The notes under the pieces were generated by a model. That model was not told the DNA's origin. It did no database searches and worked only from the letters and a program-made list of their open reading frames with translations. From positions 1 through 50,673 of the forward strand of contig JBHEKP010000150.1 in the NCBI GenBank assembly GCA_041859375.1: DNA of 50,673 nucleotides. Direction: 5' to 3'. Positions 1 to 8,674 of this stretch are shown here, in pieces (within the stretch, counting starts at the first letter, position 1; the number at the start of each line of letters is the position of its first letter). A program made the translations under genes and the position numbers. Source of the stretch: Candidatus Hydrogenedentales bacterium. Its GTDB lineage: Bacteria; Hydrogenedentota; Hydrogenedentia; Hydrogenedentales; CAITNO01.

Positions 1-2
1 CT

Positions 3-704
3 TTCTGCCGGCGCCCCGCCGCCTTCGCCCTTTCCCTCGCGCTGACTCTCGCGGGGGCGGCGGCGGGTGGGGCGCTGCTGCTGGCGGCCCCCGACGCCAA
101 GGAGGTGCTCGTGCCCTTCGCCCACATCCAGGGCGACCCGGCGGACCGGGTGGCCTGGGAGGAGGAGAACGGCGGGGGGCGGGACCAGGGCGGCCACGGG
201 GCCTTCGCCGCGATGCTCATGACGCACAACACGCGGGTGTCCATATTCACCCTCGCGCTGGGCGTCACCTTCGGGCTCGGATCGGCGGTCATGCTTTTCT
301 ACAACGGGATCATCCTCGGCGTGGTGGCGCTGGACTACGCGCGCGCGGGGCAGGCGGTGTTCCTCACGGGATGGCTGCTGCCCCACGGATCCGTGGAAAT
401 CCCCGCCATCCTGATCGCGGGCCAGGCCGCGTTCGTGCTGGCGGCGGCGCTCATCGGGCGGAACAGGCCCGAGTCGCTCCGGGCGCGCCTGCGCGCCGCC
501 GCGCCGGACACCGCCACCCTCATCACGGGCGTGGCGGTGCTGCTGGTGTGGGCGGGCGTGGTGGAGGCCTTCTTCTCGCAGTACCACGAGCCGGCGCTTC
601 CGTACCTGGTGAAAATCCTGTTCGGCGCGGCGCAGCTCGCGGCGCTCGCGGCCTTCCTGGGCTGGTCGGGGCGGCGCGGCGGCGGGGGGGCCGGGGATGC
701 GTGA
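3..704 (+). CDS. SpoIIM/DUF95-family integral membrane protein; 5' end lies outside the window
   Basis: The frame is open from the first bases of the window, so listed ORF 105..704 is only the Met-initiated part. It is a polytopic membrane protein with MLFYNGIILGVVAL and LLPHGSVEIPAILIAGQA segments typical of SpoIIM/DUF95. Its stop overlaps the next start (ATGCGTGA). Confidence 0.75.
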   Translation, partial: FCRRPAAFALSLALTLAGAAAGGALLLAAPDAKEVLVPFAHIQGDPADRVAWEEENGGGRDQGGHGAFAAMLMTHNTRVSIFTLALGVTFGLGSAVMLFYNGIILGVVALDYARAGQAVFLTGWLLPHGSVEIPAILIAGQAAFVLAAALIGRNRPESLRARLRAAAPDTATLITGVAVLLVWAGVVEAFFSQYHEPALPYLVKILFGAAQLAALAAFLGWSGRRGGGGAGDA

Positions 705-1605
705 TCGGCGGACAAAACGGCTTGTGATCACCACGCCCGAGGGGGTGTCCTTTCCGCTGCTGCTGGCGGGGCCCGGGGCGCGCTTTCTGGCGTGGCTGGT
801 GGACACCATGTGCGTGGCGGCGTCCTTCATGCTCCTGTTTTCCCTGCTCGCGGCGCTGCGCGTCCTGGCCGCGGAGGTCCATGCCGTGCTTGTGTTCCTC
901 TCGCTCTTCGCGCTGCCCGTCGGCTTCAACCTGGCCTTTGAGTGGCTGTGGCGCGGCCAGACGCCCGGCAAGCGGCTGCTGGGGCTGCGGGTCATGGACG
1001 CGCAGGGGCTGCGGCTCCAGTTCAACCAGGTGCTGCTGCGCAACCTGATGCGGGTGGTGGACATGATGCCCGCCACCTACCTCGTCGGGGGCGTGGCCTG
1101 CCAGCTCAGCCCGCGCGGCCAGCGCCTGGGCGATCTCGTGGCGAACACCGTGGTGGTGCGCACCGTCCGGGGCGGCCTCCGCGAACTGCCCCCGCCGGAG
1201 GACGGCAAGTACAACTCCTTCCGGGACCATCCCGCCGTGGAGGCGCGGCTGCGCCGCGCGTGCACCCCCCGCGAGGCGGCCCTCGCCGTGGAGGCGCTGC
1301 TGCGCCGCGACGCCCTCGACCCCGACGCGCGGGTGGCGGTGTTTGCCGCCTTTGCGGCGCATTTCAAGGCCAAGGCCGCCTTTCCGGAAGGCGTCCTCGC
1401 GGGGATTACGGACGAGCAGTATGTGCGCAACGTGGTGGACTCCCTGCACCGGTTCCGGAGCCCCGCCCTGCGGTCCATGCCGGAGGAGGACGCACCGCCG
1501 CCTCCGGCGCCCCCGCCGCCGCCCCCTCCGGTGTCACCGCCCCCGCCGCCTCCGCCCCTGGTGTCGGCGCCCCCGCCCCCGCCGCCCGGCATGCATGAAG
1601 GGTGA
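697..1605 (+). CDS. RDD-family membrane protein with proline-rich C-terminal tail
   Basis: RDD-domain pattern (FLAWLVD..., WRGQTPGKRLLGLRV, RLGDLVANTVVV) with hydrophobic helices. The C-terminus is PPPPAPPPPPPPVSPPPPPPPLVSAPPPPPP. The gene is translationally coupled to the upstream gene. Confidence 0.85.
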   Translation: MRDRRTKRLVITTPEGVSFPLLLAGPGARFLAWLVDTMCVAASFMLLFSLLAALRVLAAEVHAVLVFLSLFALPVGFNLAFEWLWRGQTPGKRLLGLRVMDAQGLRLQFNQVLLRNLMRVVDMMPATYLVGGVACQLSPRGQRLGDLVANTVVVRTVRGGLRELPPPEDGKYNSFRDHPAVEARLRRACTPREAALAVEALLRRDALDPDARVAVFAAFAAHFKAKAAFPEGVLAGITDEQYVRNVVDSLHRFRSPALRSMPEEDAPPPPAPPPPPPPVSPPPPPPPLVSAPPPPPPGMHEG

Positions 1606-1609
1606 GCGA

Positions 1610-1777
1610 CGGGCATGGACGGGGCTATAATGCGCCCCCCAACCCGGCAAGGAGGCGGACGCCATGGGCGAACTGATTTACACCTTTGCGAGCATCGCCT
1701 CGCGCTTCAAAAACGGAACTACGGCGCTGACGGGCATGCGCCGGCTGGCGGACACGCTGCACCCGCTCGGGGTGCCC
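1610..1777. repeat. Direct repeat copy A: duplicated promoter, RBS and first 38 codons of the gene at 4753 (truncated copy)
   Basis: 1626..1777 aligns by eye with 4717..4866 with one substitution and one 2-nt indel (TATAAT, AAGGAGG, ATGGGCGAACTGATTTAC...GGGGTGCCC). Homology stops abruptly at 1777/1778. Looser similarity (GGCATGG) reaches ~1610/4690. Confidence 0.9.
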
Positions 1778-1785
1778 TTAATCAC

Positions 1786-1929
1786 GACGCACGGGTGGCC
1801 TTGTTCTGCTCCTTCGAAAACCATTTCAAAGCCAATGTCTCCTTCCCGGAAAGCATCCTCGAAGTCATGACTAATGATCAGTATGTGCGTGGCGTGTTGG
1901 ACTCCCTGCACCGGTTAACGAACCCCGCC
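1786..1929 (+). pseudogene. Fragment homologous to the 3' end of an RDD-family gene (second, diverged copy)
   Basis: The translation DARVALFCSFENHFKANVSFPESILEVMTNDQYVRGVLDSLHRLTNPA matches DARVAVFAAFAAHFKAKAAFPEGVLAGITDEQYVRNVVDSLHRFRSPA (encoded at 1324..1467) at about 28/48 residues. It has no start codon or N-terminal domain and uses AT-richer codons. Confidence 0.8.
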
Positions 1930-1949
1930 GCCACTAGCATAGCGAGCTC

Positions 1950-3083
1950 TTACCGCTCAATACGTTTCCAGTTGTTTTTGTCTGTAGCGTAGGAGAGACT
2001 TATCGTCACCGCCGCCTCATACGAAAGCGCCATTACCCCCTCGGCCGCAGCCCTTCGTTCCTGCTCGGCAAGTGCTTCCGCCCGCACATCAGGCATCATA
2101 CTGAGCAATAACGCCACGGCATGATCCGCGCGGGTGGGGTATGGAACCAACACGTCGCCTTTGGTTTCCTGATAAGGCGTGATGTCTTGGGTGAAGGGCA
2201 ACAAAAATTCTGCAATTTCCGGACGTCTAATGTAAACGAGTTCCCCGGCGTTGTCCAGTAGTTGCTCCGGTGTCGAACTATTCCGCATGACCGTGGCAAT
2301 ACAGGCATGGATGTCTGGAGACTCATAAATGCGCGCGCTGGCACGCATCGCCGCCCAAGTCAACGAACCTTTCCACGTCTCACATGACAGCAGCCTGGCG
2401 GGTTCTGTTTCGCCGCGTATTTGCTTGTCAAGCTCAATGGCCTGAGCAAGATGGGGTTTGACCGATTCCATGCCCGCCACGCCGCAGGCGCCAATCAAAA
2501 AATTAAGCGTTCCGGTACTGTCCCTTTCCTGAAGAAGTAATGCCAAGGCCTGTTCCATGGAATTCCTCGCCGAGCCTGAAAAATCACGGCTTAGCGTGAA
2601 CAAGCGCATGCCATCCCGGATAACAGCCAATGCCTCGCGCCGTCGCCCCGCATCCTCCTTGTTTCCCAGCCAGTCCAGCATGGATGCGGCCAGTGTTTCC
2701 ACAGCGGAAACACGGATTTCCAGATTAGATGAATTCGCTGAAAAGGCCGCGTAATTGCCGTAGGCTTCCCGCATGACCCAGATTGAAGGGTCATGGAAAA
2801 GCGGGGGAAACATTGGGAGAAATATTTCGGCACCCCGCTCACAAAGATCCCTCACATTAACCAACGAGGGGTCTATACTGTTTGCATGTTGCCTGACTCC
2901 CGCCACATAACGTGCGAAGAGTTCCTCATTTGAAAATTCTTCGAGCTGTTTTCTTCTCGCTTCGTCAGTATTTATGGTAGCGTTATTGTCTGATTGGCCT
3001 TGAGCAAGTCCAGTAATTATAAAAAAGGCCATAATTGAAAAAGCGACTACTCTGTATCGATAAATAACTAACACAAATTCCAT
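1950..3083 (-). CDS. Hypothetical secreted protein (alpha-helical, function unknown)
   Basis: The start was moved to ATG 3083 (MEFVLVIYRYRVVAFSIMAFFIITGLAQG signal peptide), preceded by GGAG (complement of 3091..3100). It begins 19 nt downstream of the 3103 stop of the upstream gene. GC is intermediate. Confidence 0.65.
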   Translation of the reverse strand: MEFVLVIYRYRVVAFSIMAFFIITGLAQGQSDNNATINTDEARRKQLEEFSNEELFARYVAGVRQHANSIDPSLVNVRDLCERGAEIFLPMFPPLFHDPSIWVMREAYGNYAAFSANSSNLEIRVSAVETLAASMLDWLGNKEDAGRRREALAVIRDGMRLFTLSRDFSGSARNSMEQALALLLQERDSTGTLNFLIGACGVAGMESVKPHLAQAIELDKQIRGETEPARLLSCETWKGSLTWAAMRASARIYESPDIHACIATVMRNSSTPEQLLDNAGELVYIRRPEIAEFLLPFTQDITPYQETKGDVLVPYPTRADHAVALLLSMMPDVRAEALAEQERRAAAEGVMALSYEAAVTISLSYATDKNNWKRIER

Positions 3084-3102
3084 AATAAACTCCTTTCCTC
3101 TA

Positions 3103-4311
3103 TCAATATTGCCATTTTCCAGCAACTTCCTTATGAATCTGATCCCATTGATCTTTTCTAAGAACAGTATTCGTGCCAATTGGAACTGAATAACCCATAA
3201 GATTTGATGTGTCATAATGTAACACTGCGTTTGGATTCTCAGACTGGTAAAAATCAGGTAGCTTCCCTATCATATGTCCAACTTCATGAGCAATTGTTTG
3301 AAAAAAAACAGGTTGATTAGATGAGCATGCCACAAACCCAAAGCGTCCTCCAAGGTATGCATAACCTCCTGCATTTTGTATATATGGAGGAACTATAAAA
3401 ATTACATAATTATTATTTCCGAATATTTGGCCACATGAATCGATTATTGCTTGGGGTTCTGTGGTGGTTTTTTGTATATTTGGATTTACATAAGGATCTT
3501 GATATTGTTCAAAATTCAAATATTCATTATTATCTAAATCATATACAGATTGCACTAAATTTGGATACAAGATTACATTAAATTTCACTACACATTGATT
3601 ATAGACAATATTATTAAGAAAGTTTTCAAGCATTGTAGAATTTAATAGGGTGCATTGTTGATTAATGACAACAACTTGAAACAATAATGTCTTTGGCTCC
3701 TGATATGCCACTACATTCAAACCACCTAAAATTTCCCCTGTAGCTGTGCTAAATGCATGAAACCCTGTCTCTGCTTTATCCATTATAGAAGCGGCATTAA
3801 GGCGAGTCCCATTAACATTATTACAAATATTTGCGTCACGAACTGTAAATATCTCCTGACTATTGCTAACAGAAAATTCGGTATATTCTCCCCCTTTTAT
3901 TGATAACCAAGAAAATACTGTATCAGCCATATATAATCGTTGATCAAAACCATATTTCGTATTAACATTTTTTGTAAATGATATTGGCCACGGGAAAGAA
4001 TTATTTAATGCACGTTCAATTAGATAAAGCGCCGATATGTTTCCATAATCGTCAATAATAAATTTCGGGGATGTATCAACTGGGCTATTTGATTTTATAA
4101 TAAGCTCCTTGTAATTTGAATTTTGAATTAGGGGCGGAACTTCCGTTTGGTTTGTCACAAGGGTAAAGTTATCTTTGTAAGATCTATTTATTTTTCCATT
4201 TATATAAAGCATATCGCTATTTCTACTAGATCGGACAAAATTACGACCCAATTTACCCAAAAAAATTTTTTTTCTTTGTATAACTATATCGTATTTTTCT
4301 GTGCTTGTCAA
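3103..4311 (-). CDS. Zincin metallopeptidase (HExxH; M64/reprolysin-like arrangement)
   Basis: C-terminal ...GGYAYLGGRFGFVACSSNQPVFFQTIAHEVGHMIGKLPDFYQ...SNLMGYS contains an HEVGH zinc site followed by a possible Met-turn. GC is ~32%. No signal peptide is seen at the listed start. Confidence 0.7.
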   Translation of the reverse strand: MTSTEKYDIVIQRKKIFLGKLGRNFVRSSRNSDMLYINGKINRSYKDNFTLVTNQTEVPPLIQNSNYKELIIKSNSPVDTSPKFIIDDYGNISALYLIERALNNSFPWPISFTKNVNTKYGFDQRLYMADTVFSWLSIKGGEYTEFSVSNSQEIFTVRDANICNNVNGTRLNAASIMDKAETGFHAFSTATGEILGGLNVVAYQEPKTLLFQVVVINQQCTLLNSTMLENFLNNIVYNQCVVKFNVILYPNLVQSVYDLDNNEYLNFEQYQDPYVNPNIQKTTTEPQAIIDSCGQIFGNNNYVIFIVPPYIQNAGGYAYLGGRFGFVACSSNQPVFFQTIAHEVGHMIGKLPDFYQSENPNAVLHYDTSNLMGYSVPIGTNTVLRKDQWDQIHKEVAGKWQY

Positions 4312-4689
4312 GTGCTGTTTTATACAAAACTAGTAGAAAGGCCTTTTCAGGAGAAGCGCTCTCCGTTTAAATTATTAACTACCTGCAGAACCTGTGGTAT
4401 GAGGAAGGACCCTAAAAGCGACAAAATAGTGATGCCTTGTATGCATGTCGTGCAGGCCGTATGTGATTGTGTTCAAGAGTATCCGCTGAACTTTAGCCCA
4501 TTCTTTTTTGTCTCAAATTTTAATCGGGGCTCAAAGAGAGGCCTGACATAGTTTGTATCTTAGCATGGTTTTTCGAATAGGCTTTAGCCATGTGACTTCG
4601 CTGGAGATAACGTGGTATTCCTTTGATTGCCCACGCTGGAACAAGGGAGCCGGTAGGTTAACTTTAATTTGGGGACTGTACACCGTCCC

Positions 4690-4866
4690 GGCATGGCGGG
4701 ACGCGCCGGACGCGGGTATAATGCCCCCCAACCCGGCAAGGAGGCGGACGCCATGGGCGAACTGATTTACACCTTTGCGAGCATCGCCTCGCGCTTCAAA
4801 AACGGAACCACGGCGCTGACGGGCATGCGCCGGCTGGCGGACACGCTGCACCCGCTCGGGGTGCCC
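4690..4866. repeat. Direct repeat copy B (intact promoter and 5' end of gene 4753)
   Basis: Partner of 1610..1777; the near-identical core is 4717..4866. Confidence 0.9.
4717..4744 (+). promoter_or_regulatory. TATAAT -10 box (4717..4722) and AAGGAGG RBS (4738..4744) for gene 4753
   Basis: Perfect TATAAT hexamer and a perfect Shine-Dalgarno 8 nt before the ATG at 4753. The same elements are duplicated at 1626..1653. No convincing -35 was seen. Confidence 0.5.
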
Positions 4867-6078
4867 GTGACCTGGCTGGTGAGCCCGGACTCGGCACGCG
4901 CCGCGGCGGCGCAAATCACGGAATGGCACGACGCCTTCGGCGACGAGGTGGCGGTGGCCCCGCCGGAGCTGTCCATCTCCCACCTGGTGGCCGACGCGCC
5001 CTACGGGGCGAGGCGCGACCGCTATGCCGCCGCCCGCGACGCCATACAGAAGGTGATGCCCTGGGCGGAGTGCGCCGTGGCGGCGGGCCACACGGACCCG
5101 GACATTGTCCGCATCTGCGCGGAGCTGGGCTTTGAGGGGCTCTGGGGCTTCTGCTGGGAGCAGATTGAGGTGGACGACATCACCGACCGGGGCTGCCCCT
5201 GGGGCTTTTATTACATGGACCGGGACGACCGGCTCCGTCCCGCGCGGGGGCGCGGCCCCGTGGCCATGGAGTGGACCGCCCACGACCTGCTCAAGACCTT
5301 CCACAGCGGCAGCCCCTGGCTCTACTCGACGGATCCCAACGATGTGGGGCGGGGCGGCCTCTGCGCCTGGGAGGACACGGACTACTGGAAGGCGGTGGCG
5401 GACCAGTACCTGCGGAACACGCGGCACAACGGCCAGGTGATCCTGCTCCAGCACCAGGAGTCGCACGAGATGGAAATCGCCGACGGCTGGCGCTGCTACA
5501 CGGAGGAGGACATCCGCGAGGCGCTCGTGTTTCTCGACGCTTTTGTGCGCCACCTGAAACCGAAGGCGCGCATCATGACCCTGGCGCAGGCGGCCCGCGC
5601 CTACCGGGAGCGGAACGAACACACGGCGTCCTCGTACATGCTGTGGGACGACGTCCCCGCGCCGCGCCACAACCCCGACTACGCCTGGAACAACTGCCCC
5701 GGCCCGTGGCCGAGGACCTTCCTGTTTTACGACCGGGACGCGCAGATGGTGTTTGTGGACGGCCAGGTCCATCCCGTGTGCCTGCGCAACTATGGCAAGG
5801 CCTGGGACCGGCTGGATTACTACGCGGAACACCGCATCCCCCGCCCGAAACTCATCCGCAACACCCAGTTCACCTGGAGCCGCGAGATTGAAATTGTGGT
5901 GGAAAGCGACCGGGCGCTGCCCTACGGGCTCACCCTCTGGGGCGATTACAGCCTCTACCAGTTGGGCGACTGCCCGGGGCTGATAGAGGGAAAAATCCTG
6001 CCCCATGAACTGCTTTTCCTGAGGTACGACCTGCAACCGGGCGAAAACCGCCTCCTCATCCGGCTCCAGGGGAAATAG
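4753..6078 (+). CDS. Conserved hypothetical protein (family not recognised)
   Basis: Host-like GC and codon usage, with a strong RBS. The start is taken at MGELIYTF rather than at the upstream ATG 4669. Length is 441 aa. Confidence 0.7.
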   Translation: MGELIYTFASIASRFKNGTTALTGMRRLADTLHPLGVPVTWLVSPDSARAAAAQITEWHDAFGDEVAVAPPELSISHLVADAPYGARRDRYAAARDAIQKVMPWAECAVAAGHTDPDIVRICAELGFEGLWGFCWEQIEVDDITDRGCPWGFYYMDRDDRLRPARGRGPVAMEWTAHDLLKTFHSGSPWLYSTDPNDVGRGGLCAWEDTDYWKAVADQYLRNTRHNGQVILLQHQESHEMEIADGWRCYTEEDIREALVFLDAFVRHLKPKARIMTLAQAARAYRERNEHTASSYMLWDDVPAPRHNPDYAWNNCPGPWPRTFLFYDRDAQMVFVDGQVHPVCLRNYGKAWDRLDYYAEHRIPRPKLIRNTQFTWSREIEIVVESDRALPYGLTLWGDYSLYQLGDCPGLIEGKILPHELLFLRYDLQPGENRLLIRLQGK

Positions 6079-6196
6079 CCCCAAAAAAAGGGTGGCCCCC
6101 CGGTGGGTGGGACTGGGGGGCCTGCATGCCCCATGGGGGCACGCGCAAGGGTTTCATGCAATTGGACCCGCCGCCGCCCGCCGGGGTTTCGCCCCG

Positions 6197-7075
6197 TTAA
6201 TATCCGGCTTCCGCCGCCGCGCGGCGCAGGTTGGCCAGGCCCAGCGTGATGCCCCTGACGGGCTCCTCGATGCCCTCGAATTCCAGGGAAACGATGCCGT
6301 TGTAGCCCGCCCGTTTCAGAATCCCAAGGCACTGCGCCACCGGCACCTCGCCGTGGCCCAGCACCGCGCCCCGCAGCCGGTTGCCCGCCCGCGTGGGAAA
6401 CCAGCCCCCGCCGGGGTCCGGCGACGACCCCGCCTTCCAGTGGAAGTCCTTGGCGTGCACATGAAACACATACGGCGCCAGCCGCCCCACCGCCCGCGCG
6501 GGGCCCTCGTCGGCGCACATGAAATTGCCCAAGTCCAGCAGCACCCCGAAGTTGGGGTGATCCACCGCGTCCACCAGCCGCTCCACCCGTTCGCTGTCCT
6601 GGCAGAAATAGCCGTGGTTTTCCACCATCGTCCGGATGCCCATCTCCGCCGCATGCTCCGTCACCATGCGGCAGCCCCGCGCCATGCGCGGCAGCGCGCT
6701 GTCAAAACTTTTCAGTCCGCCCCGGTCCGGCGGCCAGCCCCAGCCCGCGTCGTGGCGCATCATCGGCGCGCCCAGCGCCGCCGCCACGGCCAGTTCGCCC
6801 CTCAGCCGCCCCACTTCCGCCTCCAGGCACCCCCCCGAGCCGCACAGCAAATCCGCCGGTATGGTGTACGCCGCCACCTCCAGGCCCGCCGCCGCGCAGG
6901 CATCGCGCACCCGCGGCGCGAAGGACAGGGCGTCCGTCCCCTCCGGCGGCAGCAGCCCCGCAAACTCAATTACCTCAAACCCCAACTCCTTCGCCTTCGG
7001 GATGATGTCCATGAACCCCATCGCCCCCGCCTCCACCGCCTGGCTGAAACTGTACGAACTCACGCCGATCTTCAT
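6197..7075 (-). CDS. Sugar phosphate isomerase/epimerase (xylose-isomerase-like TIM barrel)
   Basis: MKIGVSSYSFSQ... start with a GGAG RBS. ENHGYF, HVHAKD and GIVSLEFEG motifs are typical of the AP-endonuclease-2/xylose isomerase-like TIM-barrel family. Confidence 0.85.
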   Translation of the reverse strand: MKIGVSSYSFSQAVEAGAMGFMDIIPKAKELGFEVIEFAGLLPPEGTDALSFAPRVRDACAAAGLEVAAYTIPADLLCGSGGCLEAEVGRLRGELAVAAALGAPMMRHDAGWGWPPDRGGLKSFDSALPRMARGCRMVTEHAAEMGIRTMVENHGYFCQDSERVERLVDAVDHPNFGVLLDLGNFMCADEGPARAVGRLAPYVFHVHAKDFHWKAGSSPDPGGGWFPTRAGNRLRGAVLGHGEVPVAQCLGILKRAGYNGIVSLEFEGIEEPVRGITLGLANLRRAAAEAGY

Positions 7076-7225
7076 GCGCCGCTCCTTCTCCCCGGCCCGT
7101 CTCCGCCCACTATAATCCATCCCGCCCCGCGCCCCAAAACACTGAACCGTGGGGGATGGGAAAAAGGGTGGCCGAACCCCCTCGTTCATCTTTATAATTG
7201 TCGAGGTGTTAACCGCCCCAGCGGG

Positions 7226-8401
7226 ATGGAATGGAGGAATCGGAACGTGTCTACTGCGTCAAAATGGTTCTATTGGTTCAGTTCCCTCGCCATGCTGGGC
7301 GGATTTCTCCTCTTTTCACCCAATGCCGCCGCCGACACATTCAAACGGACACCCGCCAACGGCGAGGATGCCGTGTGTTATGACATTAGCGCCGACGGGA
7401 ATATACTTCGCCTAGACTATGCACAGCAGAAGATGACGGTTCTCGGCACTGTGCCATTGAAAGGGAGTTCGCCGGACATATGCGTGTATGGGGCGATAGC
7501 CCCTGATGGTCGCGCGGCGTGGCTGCTCTTTCAAACATTAAAGGCCAACTGGACGCACAGTGCGCTGCACCATTTCGACATGGCGGAACAAAACCTGCGG
7601 GCGGCGGGCCATACGATCGAGACCGCCGGGGACTTCGCCATGGTCGCGGCAAGTTCCATGGCGTTCTATTGCGCGGAAACACCTTCAGAACCGGCGCTGC
7701 TGGTGAGGAAAACAGCCGATGGTTTTGAGAAACTCACCGCGAAATTCACCTTTGGCGGATGGCGCATTTTTTCCACCGCACCGGGTGGTGCTCTATTCTT
7801 GAGGCCCAATGCATACGGACCCGGTTATCTTTGTATTCAAACGGGCAGCGGCAGCGTTGTCCGGCACGGCACGGCGGAGGTTTTATGGGGCAGACAGGAT
7901 GTCTCGCGTGTGGGAATCAGCAATATTTGTGGTAACTACGGTCTGGTTGGTTGTGGGGCATCCGACGGCACACGTCTTTGCGCCATTCAAAACCTTGAGA
8001 CAAACGAGACCATTGCGGTTATTCCAAATGTTCCCGAAGGGGAGGCCGAGGCATGTCTGCACCGAATTGGCAGGGAGACACTGGCCATTGATGTTTTTTG
8101 CGGCGCCCATAACATCACCACAAAGGAGTTCCAATATTCAGGGCTTGTGAGGCGGTATGTTGTTGATCTCAAAAAGAAGTCCTTCTCAGGCCCCGAGGAA
8201 TTCAACTTTGAGCCCGCCACACAATTGATGCTCCGTGTGGGGACGGAACTCAGATCATGCCCCAGGCACCACTTCGGCTATGTGGGCATGCGTGACTTCG
8301 CGCATGGCGTTCAGATGGACACGCCTCTGGAAACATGGGATGACCGGACGCGACGAATTGACTTGTTGCGGTCCCGGCTGGCTGAAAAGCAGAATGAATG
8401 A
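7226..8401 (+). CDS. Hypothetical secreted or membrane-anchored protein
   Basis: Only the 3' part of listed ORF 6092..8401 is plausible. The start is ATG 7226 (MEWRNRNVSTASKWFYWFSSLAMLGGFLLFSPNAAA). GC is ~52%, intermediate between backbone and island. Confidence 0.6.
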   Translation: MEWRNRNVSTASKWFYWFSSLAMLGGFLLFSPNAAADTFKRTPANGEDAVCYDISADGNILRLDYAQQKMTVLGTVPLKGSSPDICVYGAIAPDGRAAWLLFQTLKANWTHSALHHFDMAEQNLRAAGHTIETAGDFAMVAASSMAFYCAETPSEPALLVRKTADGFEKLTAKFTFGGWRIFSTAPGGALFLRPNAYGPGYLCIQTGSGSVVRHGTAEVLWGRQDVSRVGISNICGNYGLVGCGASDGTRLCAIQNLETNETIAVIPNVPEGEAEACLHRIGRETLAIDVFCGAHNITTKEFQYSGLVRRYVVDLKKKSFSGPEEFNFEPATQLMLRVGTELRSCPRHHFGYVGMRDFAHGVQMDTPLETWDDRTRRIDLLRSRLAEKQNE

Positions 8402-8423
8402 TGCGCCGTGAAGAGACGGCAGG

Positions 8424-8447
8424 AAAGCGGAAACCCGCCGCTTTTTT
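8424..8447 (+). terminator. Possible intrinsic terminator after 7226..8401
   Basis: Short hairpin AGCGG-aaacccg-CCGCT followed by TTTTTT. Confidence 0.4.
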
Positions 8448-8674
8448 CGCGTGCCAATCATACCCCCAAAACGCCTTTCTCGTGGCCGCAAAGGACAATC
8501 TTCCCGACTCGGTCTGTTAAAATATACAGGCAGACATCAAAACATGTCCAAGACTCCCGCCCAAACAGCCTACTTCTGCCGTATATGGCGGTTAAAAAGG
8601 GTTGATTTTTTGAAAAAGACATGGTATCCTACAATCGGTTCAGTTAAGAAAATCAACTTAAAGGAGGAAGTTAC

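Larger units (their letters stand above)
1778..4716. mobile_element. AT-rich island 1 (putative horizontally acquired insertion, no mobility genes)
   Basis: GC drops from ~70% to ~50% (1950..3083) and ~32% (3103..4311). The island is bracketed by the 150-bp direct repeat and carries a diverged RDD 3' fragment at its left end. Confidence 0.65.

Noticed and set aside
1664-1870. 68-aa ORF starting MGELIYTFASIASRF
   Set aside because: It is not an independent gene. Its first 38 codons are the duplicated 5' end of gene 4753 (repeat copy A), and the frame then runs into unrelated sequence.
4147-4551. 134-aa plus-strand ORF in the AT-rich non-coding part of island 1
   Set aside because: It overlaps the 5' end of the metallopeptidase gene on the other strand, has no RBS, and is a low-complexity Phe/Ile/Lys-rich translation typical of AT-rich DNA. 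The 4312..4716 region is more likely promoter or leader DNA.
7110-7122. CTATAATCCATCC versus CTAAAATCCATCC (13064..13076) as a firm att-type direct repeat for island 2
   Set aside because: Only ~13 nt are similar, the surrounding similarity is not colinear, and both may simply be -10/discriminator regions of similar promoters. It is kept only as a weak note within the island 2 finding.
6092-7225. 5' two-thirds of listed ORF 6092..8401 (+)
   Set aside because: It is antisense to the well-supported TIM-barrel isomerase gene, and its translation is Arg/Pro/His-rich noise. Only the part from ATG 7226 (signal/anchor sequence) is kept.
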